Counted from the stretch's first letter, positions 9,176 through 19,378 are shown. The stretch is 64,000 nucleotides of DNA from an uncultured Thermoplasmata archaeon (GCA_963768855.1 CAVYJM010000012.1:58961-122960); one strand, 5' to 3'. Program-made: numbers and translations. Notes: generated from the sequence alone by a model not told the origin.

Positions 9176-10425
9176 GCGCCGCCCTGGTCCCGAGCCTCTT
9201 CGGGTCGTGCTACATCCTCACCGGGGCGATCATCTGGATCGTAGACCAGATTCTGTACGCGATCGGCGCCATCATTCCCCCGATCAACGACCCGCTCCAT
9301 GCGCTCGGTGGATGGCTCGCCTCGCCCGGGGTCCTGACGTTCCTGACGTGGTTCGTCATGGTCCTCGTGATGACGATCTGGGCCGTGCTCCTCAACCTGC
9401 TCACGATGATGTGGGTCGAACGCAAGGTGTACAGCCGGCTCCAGGACCGCTATGGGATCATGATCTCGATCTGGTCCCTTCCCCTGTGGCCCTTCAGCCG
9501 CCGCAAGGACCGGCCGACCCACAAGGGCTGGGGCTACCTGCAGAATGTCGCGGATGGGATGAAGCTCCTCCAGAAGGAGAACCTCGTGCCCGCCACCGCC
9601 GACTCGATGATGTTCAACGCGGCGCCTGCGTGGATCGCGGGGACCACACTCATGGTCTTCGCAGCCCTCCCCTGGTCGAGCGGGCTGTACGTCGCGAACC
9701 TCGATCTGGGCATCCTCTTCATCCTCGCCGCGTTCTCCCTCGCCCCGCTCGGGATTCTGATCGCGGGATGGTCCGCGAACAATAAGTACACCCTCGTCGG
9801 CGGTCTCCGGTCCGCCGCGATGCTCATGGCGTACGAGATCCCCCTTATCCTCGTCGTCATCGCGCTCGTCTTCACGACGGGCTCCCTCGACCCGCAGGTG
9901 CTCGTCGCGCAGCAGGAGCGCGCCCTGGTGATCAACGGGGTGACGACGCCGCTGCCGGCGTGGAACCTGTTCGGGCCGCAGATTCTCGGGTTCCTCGTCT
10001 TCATGGTCGCCATCGTCGCCGAGATGGAACGGATCCCGTTCGACCTCCCTGAAGCGGATGCCGAGCTCGTCGAGGGCTGGACGACGGAGCTCAGCGGGAT
10101 GCGCTTTGGTCTCGTCTTCGGCTTCAAGTGGCTGCGCATGATTGCCGGGGCGGGACTGATCTCGATCCTGTACCTCGGCGGCTGGAGCGGGCCCGTGTTC
10201 TACACCTTCTACATCGGGAACGTACCGATCCCGATCATCCCGGAGGAGGTCTGGTTCATGCTCCGCATCTACCTCCTTGGGATCTTCTTCGTCCTCCTCT
10301 CATGGTCGGTCCCGCGAGTCCGGATCGACCAGATCCTCGACATCGGATGGAAGCGGCTGATTCCCTTCGCCCTCCTCGCAATCATCGTCGCCGCCGCGGC
10401 GCGCGTCTTCGGCTACATGGGGTGA
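9172..10425 (+). CDS. nuoH: Complex I-like subunit H
   Basis: ERKVYSRLQDRYG, LQNVADGMKLLQKE, ERIPFDLPEADAELVEGW. Confidence 0.95.
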   Translation: MSAALVPSLFGSCYILTGAIIWIVDQILYAIGAIIPPINDPLHALGGWLASPGVLTFLTWFVMVLVMTIWAVLLNLLTMMWVERKVYSRLQDRYGIMISIWSLPLWPFSRRKDRPTHKGWGYLQNVADGMKLLQKENLVPATADSMMFNAAPAWIAGTTLMVFAALPWSSGLYVANLDLGILFILAAFSLAPLGILIAGWSANNKYTLVGGLRSAAMLMAYEIPLILVVIALVFTTGSLDPQVLVAQQERALVINGVTTPLPAWNLFGPQILGFLVFMVAIVAEMERIPFDLPEADAELVEGWTTELSGMRFGLVFGFKWLRMIAGAGLISILYLGGWSGPVFYTFYIGNVPIPIIPEEVWFMLRIYLLGIFFVLLSWSVPRVRIDQILDIGWKRLIPFALLAIIVAAAARVFGYMG

Positions 10426-10467
10426 TCCTCGTGAGAAAGTCTGCGAGCGCGGTGCTGGAGGGGTACG

Positions 10468-10749
10468 ATGGCGGTTGACTGGGAGGCCGTCGCCTTCGTC
10501 GTCCTGAGTGGGTTCGAGATCCTCTTCTCGATCCTCCTCGTTACGAGCAAGCGGCTGGTCCGTGCGGCTTTCTGGCTCGCGGCGACCCTGATCACGATCG
10601 GCGGGATCTACCTCCTGTTCCGCGCCGAATTCGTCTTCCTGATCCAAATCCTCGTCTACGCCGGGGCCGTCCCTCTCCTGTTCGCTTTCGGTATCATGCT
10701 CACGCGCCGCAAGATCATGGAGGAGCCGGGTATGGAGGGGAATCAGTGA
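10468..10749 (+). CDS. nuoJ: Complex I-like subunit J, N-terminal part (J1)
   Basis: AEFVFLIQILVYAGAVPLLFAFGIMLT. Confidence 0.9.
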   Translation: MAVDWEAVAFVVLSGFEILFSILLVTSKRLVRAAFWLAATLITIGGIYLLFRAEFVFLIQILVYAGAVPLLFAFGIMLTRRKIMEEPGMEGNQ

Positions 10750-11012
10750 TTACACAGCGACAGGCGCTCGCCGTCGCCGCGGTCGCGGCCCTCTTCCTCG
10801 TCATGGCAGTCTCCTTCGTCGGCGTGCCCTGGCCGACGACACAGCATGAGATTCCGATCGTCAACACGACATCGCCCTCGGGGAACGCCCTTGCGAACAA
10901 TCTCTTCCAATCCTACGCCGTCGCGCTGATCCTGATCGGCATCATCCTCGCCGCCGCGATGGTCGGAGGCGTGTACCTCGCGAAGATGGAAGGAGGGAAG
11001 CTGGGTCCATGA
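10746..11012 (+). CDS. nuoJ: Complex I-like subunit J, C-terminal part (J2)
   Basis: GTGA overlap with J1; LANNLFQSYAVALILIGIILAAAMVGGVYLA. Confidence 0.85.
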   Translation: MITQRQALAVAAVAALFLVMAVSFVGVPWPTTQHEIPIVNTTSPSGNALANNLFQSYAVALILIGIILAAAMVGGVYLAKMEGGKLGP

Positions 11013-11311
11013 TCCCGCTCGAGTGGGAGCTCGTCCTGTCCGCGCTCCTGTTCAGCATCGGCCTCTACGGGGTCCTCGCCCGGAAGAACGCGATCATGGT
11101 CCTCATGTCCCTGGAAATCGTGATCAACGCGGCGCTCCTGAACTTCGTCGCGTTCAGCTCCTACTCGAACGACGCGAGCGGCCAGGTCTTCGCCCTCCTG
11201 GGCATCGCGGTCGCCGCGGCGGACGCCGCGATCGGCCTCGCGATTTTCCTCTCCATCTACCAGACGCACGGGACCGTCGACATGGACCGCGTGAGGTTCT
11301 TGAGGTGGTAG
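11009..11311 (+). CDS. nuoK: Complex I-like subunit K
   Basis: RKNAIMVLMSLEIVINAA, GQVFAL, AAADAAIGLA. Confidence 0.95.
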   Translation: MIPLEWELVLSALLFSIGLYGVLARKNAIMVLMSLEIVINAALLNFVAFSSYSNDASGQVFALLGIAVAAADAAIGLAIFLSIYQTHGTVDMDRVRFLRW

Positions 11312-11312
11312 G

Positions 11313-13433
11313 ACGGCGGACTTCTCCTATGTCTGGATCATCCTACTGGCACCGTTCGTCTCGTTCTTCCTCTCGGGTCTGATCGGCCGCCGGACCCCGC
11401 AGGGCGGCGGGTACATCGCGGTCGGCGGCATCCTCGTCTCCTTCGTCGTCTCCCTCATCCTGTTCGTCCAGGTGCTCCTGGCGGGCGCCCTCGGCGGCAA
11501 CTTCACCCCCGTGACGGTCGACGGCTACGTGTGGCTCCCCGGTTTCAACGCCGCCACCGGGTTCGCGTCCACGAACATCCACATCTCGCTCCTTATCGAC
11601 GATCTGAGCGCGCTGATGCTCGTCCTGGTCTCCTTCCTGTGCCTTCTGATCTTCATCTACTCCCTCGGCTACATGCACGCCGAGGAGGGCAAGCCGCGCT
11701 ACTACGCGGAGGTCAGCCTGTTCTCCATGGGCATGCTGGGGACGGTCAGCGCGGACAACTTCCTCCAGCTCCTGGTCTTCTGGGAGATCATGGGCCTGTG
11801 TTCGTACCTCCTCATCGGCTTCTGGTACCACAAGCCCGAGGCGGCGAAGGCCGCGAAGAAGGCCTTCCTCGTCACCCGCGTGGGCGACGTCCTGTTCCTG
11901 ATTGGAGTCCTCGTCATCTGGAACGTCTTCGGCACCCTGAGCTTCCTGGACATCCAGCAGAAGATCCCGAGCCTTTGGCAGAGCGGCGTGCTGTCGCCCC
12001 AGCTGCTTACGCTCATCCCCCTCCTCCTTTTCGGCGGCGCGGTCGGGAAGTCCGCCCAGTTCCCGCTGCATGCCTGGCTGCCCGATGCGATGGAGGGCCC
12101 CACCACGGTGAGCGCCCTCATCCACGCCGCGACGATGGTCAAGGCGGGCGTCTACCTGACCGCCCGGGCGTTCATCTTCCTGGTCCCTCTCTCGACCGCC
12201 ACGATCCACGTCACGCCACCGTGGACGGCGATCTACGTGATCGCCGGGATCGGCGGCTTCACCGCCATCTTCGCCGCGACGATGGCCGTGGTCAACTATG
12301 ACATCAAGCGCGTCCTCGCGTTCTCGACGATCTCCCAGCTCGCCTACATGTTCCTGGGGCTTGGGGCGGGCGCGTACATCCTGAACGTGAGCCTCGCGCA
12401 GGGCGAGGCGGATTCGGTCGGGTACAGTGCGGCGCTATACCATCTCTTCAACCATGCGTTCTTCAAGGCGCTCCTCTTCCTCTGCGCGGGCAGCGTGATC
12501 CATGCGGTCGGGACGAACGATCTGCGGAAGATGGGTGGCCTCCGGAAGCACATGCCCATCACCTCCTGGACCATGCTCTTCGGCTGCCTCGCGCTCGCGG
12601 GGATCGTCCCGTTCAGCGGGTTCTTCTCGAAGGGGGAGATCCTCTCCGCGACCTTCGAGGCGGGCTCAACCAACTTCCTGTTCCTGGTCCTCTGGATCTT
12701 CGGGACGATCACCGCCTTCCTGACTGCCTTCTACGCGTTCCGTCTGTGGTTCATGACCTTCCGCGGGGAGTACCGCGGCGAAGGCCACCCGCACGAGTCC
12801 CCGCGGACGATGACGGTCCCGCTGATCATCCTCGGCGGCTTCACGCTCATCTCCGGGCTCTCCGCGTACGCGATGGGCGGGTTCGGCAACCTCATCTTCT
12901 TCGACACGCCGCACTCCCAGCTCCCGCTCGTTGGCGTGCCCCTGCTCGACTACGCCCTCGAGGGGATTTCCCTCGGCGCCGCGCTCGCGGGGGTCGCGCT
13001 CGCGTGGGCCGTGTACGACACGAAGCGGATTCCCGCGGAGCGGTTCACCGCCTCCCGCGGCGGCGCGTTCATCCACAAGATGCTTTCGAACCGCTATTGG
13101 ATCGACAACGTCTACGATGCCTTCGGCGCCAAGGCGTACTGGGGCTTCGCGAAGGCGTTCGACTGGTTCGACCGGCGCGTGATCGACGGCATCGTGAACG
13201 CGGTCGGGAGGGGAGGCCTAGCGGCCGCCGCGGGATCGGACTACTTCGACCGCAAGGTCGTCGACGGGGCCGTCAACCTGGTGAGCAAGGAGACCATCCG
13301 CTCCGGGATGCGGCTCCGCCAGAGGCAGACGGGCCAGGTGCAGAGCTACGCGTGGGTCGTCGTGTTCGGGATCGCTCTCGTGATCGCGCTCATCTTCGGG
13401 GTCGGCTGGTACCTCCGGCTGAGGGGGGGATGA
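11313..13433 (+). CDS. nuoL: Complex I-like subunit L; predicted ACG start at 11313
   Basis: GKSAQFPLHAWLPDAMEGPTTVSALIHAATMV and HAFFKALLFL. The frame is open and hydrophobic from 11313, well before the first standard start (GTG 11472). Confidence 0.93.
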   Translation, partial: TADFSYVWIILLAPFVSFFLSGLIGRRTPQGGGYIAVGGILVSFVVSLILFVQVLLAGALGGNFTPVTVDGYVWLPGFNAATGFASTNIHISLLIDDLSALMLVLVSFLCLLIFIYSLGYMHAEEGKPRYYAEVSLFSMGMLGTVSADNFLQLLVFWEIMGLCSYLLIGFWYHKPEAAKAAKKAFLVTRVGDVLFLIGVLVIWNVFGTLSFLDIQQKIPSLWQSGVLSPQLLTLIPLLLFGGAVGKSAQFPLHAWLPDAMEGPTTVSALIHAATMVKAGVYLTARAFIFLVPLSTATIHVTPPWTAIYVIAGIGGFTAIFAATMAVVNYDIKRVLAFSTISQLAYMFLGLGAGAYILNVSLAQGEADSVGYSAALYHLFNHAFFKALLFLCAGSVIHAVGTNDLRKMGGLRKHMPITSWTMLFGCLALAGIVPFSGFFSKGEILSATFEAGSTNFLFLVLWIFGTITAFLTAFYAFRLWFMTFRGEYRGEGHPHESPRTMTVPLIILGGFTLISGLSAYAMGGFGNLIFFDTPHSQLPLVGVPLLDYALEGISLGAALAGVALAWAVYDTKRIPAERFTASRGGAFIHKMLSNRYWIDNVYDAFGAKAYWGFAKAFDWFDRRVIDGIVNAVGRGGLAAAAGSDYFDRKVVDGAVNLVSKETIRSGMRLRQRQTGQVQSYAWVVVFGIALVIALIFGVGWYLRLRGG

Positions 13434-13434
13434 G

Positions 13435-15051
13435 ATGAGCTACTGGCTCACGATCCTCCTGCTCATCCCGTTCATCGGGTTCATCGTCACCTGGGCCGTC
13501 GGCAGGACCCAGCGGATCTCCAAGTGGGTCGCGCTCGCGTTCAGCTTGGCGCAGCTCACTCTGCTCACGCTCATCCTCGTGTCCTTCTGGACGCCGGCCA
13601 GCTCGTGGATCGAGATGCTCCTAGGCCCGAGGATTGCCGACCCCACGAATGGGATCCCGGGAGGCACCCAGTCGGCGTTCTCCTACTTCGAGAAGGCGAA
13701 CTGGGTGCCGCAGATCGGGATGAACTACATCCTGGGGTTCGACGGGCTGAGCGTGCCGCTCGCCTGGCTCACGCCGTTGCTGACCACCCTGGCGATCGTC
13801 TTCCACTGGGACGAGGAGCACCGCCCGCGGGAGTTCTTCGCGCTCCTCCTCTTCCTGGAGATGTCCCTCACGGGGGTCTTCATGGCCCTCGACTTCTTCC
13901 TGTTCTTCATCTTCTGGGAGCTCGTCCTGATCCCGATGTTCTTCCTGATCGGGATCTGGGGCGGGCCGAATCGCCGGTACGCCGCCCTGAAGTTCCTCGT
14001 GTACACCCACGTGGCTAGCGTGATCATGCTCCTCTCCATCTTCGCTCTGTACTGGACGTACAGCGGCACGGCGAACGCGGCCGTCTACGGGACGAGCACG
14101 AACACGTTCGACATGACGGTCTTCCTCGAGGCCGCACGGCGCCACGCCGTGAATGGCGCGCTCGCCTACATCCCCCTTGCCACGCAGATCCCCGTCATGC
14201 TCGGGTTCCTCTTCGGGTTCATCGTCAAGCTTCCCTCCTTCCCGTTTCACACCTGGCTGCCGGACGCCCACGTCGAGGCGCCCACGGGCGGGTCCGTCCT
14301 CCTGGCGGGCGTCCTCCTGAAGATGGGCGGCTACGGGATCTTCCGGATCGACCTGGGGATGTTCCCGGATGCGATGCGGGAACTGTGGTGGGTCCTCGCG
14401 GCGCTCGGCATCATCTCGATGGTCTACGCGGCGTTCGTCTGCCTGCACCAGACCGACCTGAAACGACTCATCGCATACTCGTCCGTGGGCCACATGGGCT
14501 TCGTGACCTTGGGCGCCGCCACGCTGACGACGATCGGCGTGGAGGGTGGCATCTTCCAGATGTTCAACCACGGACTGATCACCGCAGTCCTGTTCATGCT
14601 CGCGGGGTCCGTGAAGCACGCGACGGGCACGCGGGAGATTCCGAAGCTGCAAGGCCTCTCGAAGGTGATGCCCCAGTTCTCGCTCATCCTGATGATTGGG
14701 TTCTTCGCCTCTCTGGGCCTGCCGGGACTGAACTCCTTCTGGTCCGAGTTCATGGTCTTCCTCGGGACGTACAGCTCGCAGTCGATGGGGGCGACGAGGG
14801 CCCTCGTCCTCGTGCCCATGGTCTCGATCGTGGTGACCGCGGCTTATTACGTCTACGCGATGCAGCGGATCCTGTTCGGGGACGCGCCGAAGGAGTTCGA
14901 GCACGTCCACGACCTGATGCCGTGGGAGCGCTTTTCCTACGTCATCCTGGTGCTGCTCATCTTCGCGGTCGGCCTCCTGCCGTTTGCGTTCCTCTCCCTC
15001 ATTCAGGACTATGCGATCCATGGCCTCCCGTGGCTGATGGGGGCGGTGTGA
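13435..15051 (+). CDS. nuoM: Complex I-like subunit M, copy 1
   Basis: FFIFWELVLIPM, HTWLPDAHVEAPTGGS, LLKMGGYG. Confidence 0.95.
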   Translation: MSYWLTILLLIPFIGFIVTWAVGRTQRISKWVALAFSLAQLTLLTLILVSFWTPASSWIEMLLGPRIADPTNGIPGGTQSAFSYFEKANWVPQIGMNYILGFDGLSVPLAWLTPLLTTLAIVFHWDEEHRPREFFALLLFLEMSLTGVFMALDFFLFFIFWELVLIPMFFLIGIWGGPNRRYAALKFLVYTHVASVIMLLSIFALYWTYSGTANAAVYGTSTNTFDMTVFLEAARRHAVNGALAYIPLATQIPVMLGFLFGFIVKLPSFPFHTWLPDAHVEAPTGGSVLLAGVLLKMGGYGIFRIDLGMFPDAMRELWWVLAALGIISMVYAAFVCLHQTDLKRLIAYSSVGHMGFVTLGAATLTTIGVEGGIFQMFNHGLITAVLFMLAGSVKHATGTREIPKLQGLSKVMPQFSLILMIGFFASLGLPGLNSFWSEFMVFLGTYSSQSMGATRALVLVPMVSIVVTAAYYVYAMQRILFGDAPKEFEHVHDLMPWERFSYVILVLLIFAVGLLPFAFLSLIQDYAIHGLPWLMGAV

Positions 15052-15052
15052 G

Positions 15053-16591
15053 ATGGAGATCACATTCCCCCTCCTGACATACATCATCTTCATCCCCCTG
15101 GTGGGCGCCGTCCTGACCTACGCCCTGGGGCTCTCTGTGCGGGTGGCGAAATGGATTGCCCTCGCCTCGAGCCTGGTCACGCTCGCCTTCGGATCGTTGC
15201 TCCTGGCCGGATTCGTGCTCCCGTCCGACGTGGTGCTCAGCCAGCAGACGATCGGCGGGCAGTCGTACTTCGCGGGGGAGCAGCTCGTATGGGTCCCCCA
15301 GCTCAACGTGCACTACATCGTGGGCGCCGACGAGCTGTCCGCGGTCCTCATCTTCCTGAACACGCTCCTGACGCCCCTCGCGCTCGCCTTCAGCTGGGAC
15401 GAGCGCCACCGCGTCCCGGAGTTCTACGCGATGTTCCTCCTCCTGGAGTGCACGGTGAACGGGATCTTCCTCTCCCTCGACCTGTTCCAGTTCATTGTCT
15501 TCTGGGAGGTCCAGCTCGTCCCGATGTACTTCATCATCGCGGTCTGGGGCGGCCCGCGCCGCAAGTACGCGGCGATGAAGTTCTTCATGTACACGTTCCT
15601 CGCCAGTCTCCCGCTCCTCGTGTCCATCTTCGCATTTTACTTCTACAGCGGCACGTTCGACATGCGGCAGATCATCGCGACGAGCCCCATCCCGCCCGGG
15701 ACGATTGGCGACCTGATGTTCGTCGCGATGCTCGTGGCCTTCGGCACGAAGCTGCCGACGTTCCCGCTGCACACCTGGCTCCCGGACGCCCACGTCGAGG
15801 CGCCGACCGGCGGCTCCGTGATCCTGGCGGGGATCCTGCTGAAACTCGGAGGCTACGGGCTCATCCGCTTTAACGTCGAGATGATCCCGAAGGCCGCCGC
15901 GGACATGTGGTGGCTCCTCGCCGCGGTCGGGGTGATCTCGATCCTCTACGGGGCCATCGTGTGCCTCGTCCAGAACGACCTCAAACGGATGGTCGCGTTC
16001 TCGAGCGTGAGCCACATGGGCTTCGTGACGCTCGGGATCGCCGCGGGCGTCTACGGTTTCGCCTACGGCCCCGCGAACCTCCAGGCGGGGGCCGCCCTGG
16101 GTTTCAGCGGCGCGGTCTTCCAGCTCTTCGCCCACGGCCTCGTGTCGGCGGCCCTCTTCATGGTCGCCGGGTCCATCGGCCACAAGATCGGGACCCGGAA
16201 CATCTCGGAGCTCGGCGGCATCGCGAAGGTCGCGCCGCGAACGGCGACGTTCATGATGGTGGCCTTCATGGCCTCCCTGGGACTGCCAGGGCTCGTCGGA
16301 TTCGCCGCGGAGTACGGCGTGTTCGTCGGCGTCTACGCGGCGTTCGGCCTCTGGGTGTTCGTCCCGATCCTGACCGTCGTGTTCACGGCCGCGTACTACA
16401 TCTTCGCGATGCAGCGCAGCCTCTTCGGCCCCCTGAACCCGAAGTGGGAGAAGTATCCTGACATGGAGAAGCACGAGACCCTCCCGCTCTCCGTCCTCGC
16501 CGTGACGTTCGCGATCTTCGGCATCGTCCCGATCGTCATCTACCAGCTCATCACGCCGTGGGCCACGCATCTGCTGGCAGGGCTGTTCTAG
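15053..16591 (+). CDS. nuoM: Complex I-like subunit M, copy 2
   Basis: FIVFWEVQLVPM, HTWLPDAHVEAPTGGS, LLKLGGYG. Confidence 0.95.
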   Translation: MEITFPLLTYIIFIPLVGAVLTYALGLSVRVAKWIALASSLVTLAFGSLLLAGFVLPSDVVLSQQTIGGQSYFAGEQLVWVPQLNVHYIVGADELSAVLIFLNTLLTPLALAFSWDERHRVPEFYAMFLLLECTVNGIFLSLDLFQFIVFWEVQLVPMYFIIAVWGGPRRKYAAMKFFMYTFLASLPLLVSIFAFYFYSGTFDMRQIIATSPIPPGTIGDLMFVAMLVAFGTKLPTFPLHTWLPDAHVEAPTGGSVILAGILLKLGGYGLIRFNVEMIPKAAADMWWLLAAVGVISILYGAIVCLVQNDLKRMVAFSSVSHMGFVTLGIAAGVYGFAYGPANLQAGAALGFSGAVFQLFAHGLVSAALFMVAGSIGHKIGTRNISELGGIAKVAPRTATFMMVAFMASLGLPGLVGFAAEYGVFVGVYAAFGLWVFVPILTVVFTAAYYIFAMQRSLFGPLNPKWEKYPDMEKHETLPLSVLAVTFAIFGIVPIVIYQLITPWATHLLAGLF

Positions 16592-16602
16592 GGGGCGAGA
16601 AG

Positions 16603-18192
16603 ATGGGGAACTATCTGGTCTTCCTGCCCGAGACGATCCTTGTGGTCGTCGGCTTCGCATCGATCGTCCTCGGTTTCGCATGGGGGAAGCGCCCCGTGTA
16701 CCTCTGGGCGATGGCCCTCGCCGGGACCCTCGTCTCCCTCGTGATTACGCTCGACATGATGGGCGTCGGGCTCTCCGGTCTGCTCGGCCTTCAGCTCTGG
16801 CCGGCGCCGATCGGGCTGCAAGGGGACTTCACGGGGGAGCTCAAGCTCCGGGTCGACGCGTTCGCTCTCCTGTTCCACCTGGTCTTCCTGCTGATTGGGT
16901 TCCTGGCCATCCTGGCCTCCCGGGGCTTCATCCACGCAGACGAGCCGCACCAGGGCGAGTACTACGGGCTCATGCTCCTCGCGATCGTCGGCATGATGTT
17001 CACGGCCGCGGCGACCGACCTGTTCGTCCTCTTCCTCGCGTTCGAGACCTCGAGCATGAGCACCTTCGCGCTCGTGGCCTTCCGCAAGAAGGACAAGGAG
17101 TCCACGGAGGCCGCGGTGAAGTTCTTCATCATCGGGGCGATCAGTTCGTCGATCATCCTCTTCGGGATCTCCCTGATCTACGGCGTCTCGGGCTCGACCG
17201 CGATCGGACCTACTCTCGACCTCACGAAGCTCCAGATGGGACTCACGATCTCCGCGAATCCCGGGATGGAGCCGCCCCTCATCGTTGCGCTCGTCCTGCT
17301 CGTCGCGGGCTTCGGCTTCAAGGCCGCGGTGGTCCCCTTCCACATGTGGGCGCCCGACGTGTACCAGGGCTCGCCCACCACGATCAGCACCTTCCTGGCC
17401 GCGGGCTCGAAGATGGTCGGCGTCGTCGCCCTCTTCCGGGTCTTCCTCATCGGGCTCCTGTCGATCCAGATCGACTGGGTGATCGCGATCGCGGTCCTGG
17501 CCATCGCCACGCAGACCGTCGGCAACGTGCTCGCGATCCCGCAGCGGAGCGTGAAGCGCATGCTCGCGTACTCGAGCATCGCCCAGGTGGGGTACATCCT
17601 CATCGCGATCCCGGTCGGGGCCGTCGCGCTGAGCGCGGGCAGCTCGGACCCGGCCGTCTCGGCGGCAGCCATCACCGTGGCGACCGCCGCCCTCATCGGC
17701 GCGGGCTTCCACGTGCTGACGTACGCCGCGATGAAGGGGGGCGCCTTCCTCGTCGTCGCGGGGACCCAGTCGCGCGGCATCGCGGACGACATGGACGCCT
17801 ACCGCGGTCTGAGCCGCCGCATGCCCTTCATGGCCGCTGCGATGACCATCTTCCTGCTGAGCCTAGCGGGCATCCCGCCGCTCGCGGGATTCTTCAGCAA
17901 GTTCTTCCTCTTCTCGAGTGCGATCAGCGCGATGCAGTTCAGCCCGTGGTACGTCGTGCTGGCGATCTCCGGGGTCCTGAACAGCGCGCTCTCCATGTAC
18001 TACTACGCGCGGGTCATCTGGTACATGTACATCCTGGAGCCTGAGGGGGAGGTCGTCAAGATGGAGGCACCGCGGTCGATCTCGGCGGGCGTCTTCATCT
18101 CTTTGGGGATCGTGTTCCTGACCGCTCCGCTCGCGTTCTGGATCCTGAACTTCCTGAACATCGCCGCGCGGTCGTTCTTCGGCTTCCCGTGA
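16603..18192 (+). CDS. nuoN: Complex I-like subunit N
   Basis: EAAVKFFIIGA, FKAAVVPFHMWAPDVYQG, SLAGIPPLAGF. Confidence 0.95.
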   Translation: MGNYLVFLPETILVVVGFASIVLGFAWGKRPVYLWAMALAGTLVSLVITLDMMGVGLSGLLGLQLWPAPIGLQGDFTGELKLRVDAFALLFHLVFLLIGFLAILASRGFIHADEPHQGEYYGLMLLAIVGMMFTAAATDLFVLFLAFETSSMSTFALVAFRKKDKESTEAAVKFFIIGAISSSIILFGISLIYGVSGSTAIGPTLDLTKLQMGLTISANPGMEPPLIVALVLLVAGFGFKAAVVPFHMWAPDVYQGSPTTISTFLAAGSKMVGVVALFRVFLIGLLSIQIDWVIAIAVLAIATQTVGNVLAIPQRSVKRMLAYSSIAQVGYILIAIPVGAVALSAGSSDPAVSAAAITVATAALIGAGFHVLTYAAMKGGAFLVVAGTQSRGIADDMDAYRGLSRRMPFMAAAMTIFLLSLAGIPPLAGFFSKFFLFSSAISAMQFSPWYVVLAISGVLNSALSMYYYARVIWYMYILEPEGEVVKMEAPRSISAGVFISLGIVFLTAPLAFWILNFLNIAARSFFGFP

Positions 18193-18250
18193 GCCGTGCG
18201 GGGACCCCCCGAGAAGGCTTTTACGTCCCGTCGACCCATGCCTGCATCGG

Positions 18251-19378
18251 ATGCCGCCCGAGCCCGAGGCGAGCCGCCACGTGGTCCTCCATGTGGACAT
18301 GGACGCCTTCTACGCCGCAGTGGAGATCCGGGAACACCCGGATCTCGCGGGGAAGCCCGTGGTCGTCGGCGCGGACCCGCGGGACGGCCACACCCGCGGC
18401 GTCGTCCTCACGGCGAGCTACGAGGCGCGCCGGTTCGGCGTGCACTCCGCGATGCCCTGCACCCAGGCGCTCCGCCTCTGCCCCGAGGCCGTGTTCGTCA
18501 TGCCCCACCACGGCCTGTACGGGCGGGTTTCCCAGGAGATCATGGCCACATTGCACCGGTACGCGGACCGCCTCGAGCCCTCGGGGATCGAGGAGGGCTA
18601 CCTCGACCTCACCGCGCGGTCCGGCGGGGATTTCCTCCGCGCAACGGAGGTCGCGAAAGAGGTGAAGGCCGCCATCCGGACGGAGCACCGGCTGAGTTGC
18701 TCGATCGGCATCGCGCCGAGCAAGGCCGTCGCGAAGATCGCCTCGGACTTCCAGAAGCCAGACGGCCTGACGGTCGTCCTGCCGGACCACGTCGTCGAGT
18801 TCCTCGCGCCGATCTCGATTCGCAAGGTGTACGGCGTCGGCCCGAAGACGGCGGAGCGGCTCCGGGAGATGGGGCTCGAGTCGATCGGGGACGTCCAGGC
18901 GATGCCCCGCGAAGACCTCGTGGAAACGCTGGGCGGGTTCGGCGAGTACCTGCACGACGTGGCGTTCGGCCGGGATGCTGGAGAGGTCGTCGAGCCCACC
19001 GGTCCCCCCGAGTCGATCAGCACGGAGACCACGTTCTCGCGGGACCTCGCGAGCTACGAAGAGGTCTGGCCCGAACTGGAGGACCTCGCCCGCTCGCTGC
19101 ACGCCCAGCTCCTCGAGGAGCACTACTCCTACCGGACCGTGTCGCTCAAGGTGAAGTACTCCAATTTCGAGGTCCACACGCGCTCTCGCAGCCTCAAGGT
19201 GTACACCGCCGATCTGGAGCCGATTCTGGTCCTGTGCCAGGTCCTGCTCAAGGAGGTCCTCCTTTCCGAACGCAAGGTGCGGCTCATCGGCGTGCGGCTG
19301 TCGAACCTCACGGAGCACCCGGCGCCTCAGGCCACCCTCGCCCGCTGGTCGCCCGTCGCCGCGGCTAGAGGACCTTGA
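18251..19378 (+). CDS. dinB: Y-family DNA polymerase IV
   Basis: HVDMDAFYAAVE, ASYEARRFGVHSAMP, SGIEEGYLD, YGVGPKT. Confidence 0.95.
   Translation: MPPEPEASRHVVLHVDMDAFYAAVEIREHPDLAGKPVVVGADPRDGHTRGVVLTASYEARRFGVHSAMPCTQALRLCPEAVFVMPHHGLYGRVSQEIMATLHRYADRLEPSGIEEGYLDLTARSGGDFLRATEVAKEVKAAIRTEHRLSCSIGIAPSKAVAKIASDFQKPDGLTVVLPDHVVEFLAPISIRKVYGVGPKTAERLREMGLESIGDVQAMPREDLVETLGGFGEYLHDVAFGRDAGEVVEPTGPPESISTETTFSRDLASYEEVWPELEDLARSLHAQLLEEHYSYRTVSLKVKYSNFEVHTRSRSLKVYTADLEPILVLCQVLLKEVLLSERKVRLIGVRLSNLTEHPAPQATLARWSPVAAARGP

Noticed and set aside
10468-11012. nuoJ split as a frameshift or pseudogene
   Set aside because: J2 has its own SD and a GTGA overlap, and split J is common in archaeal complexes.
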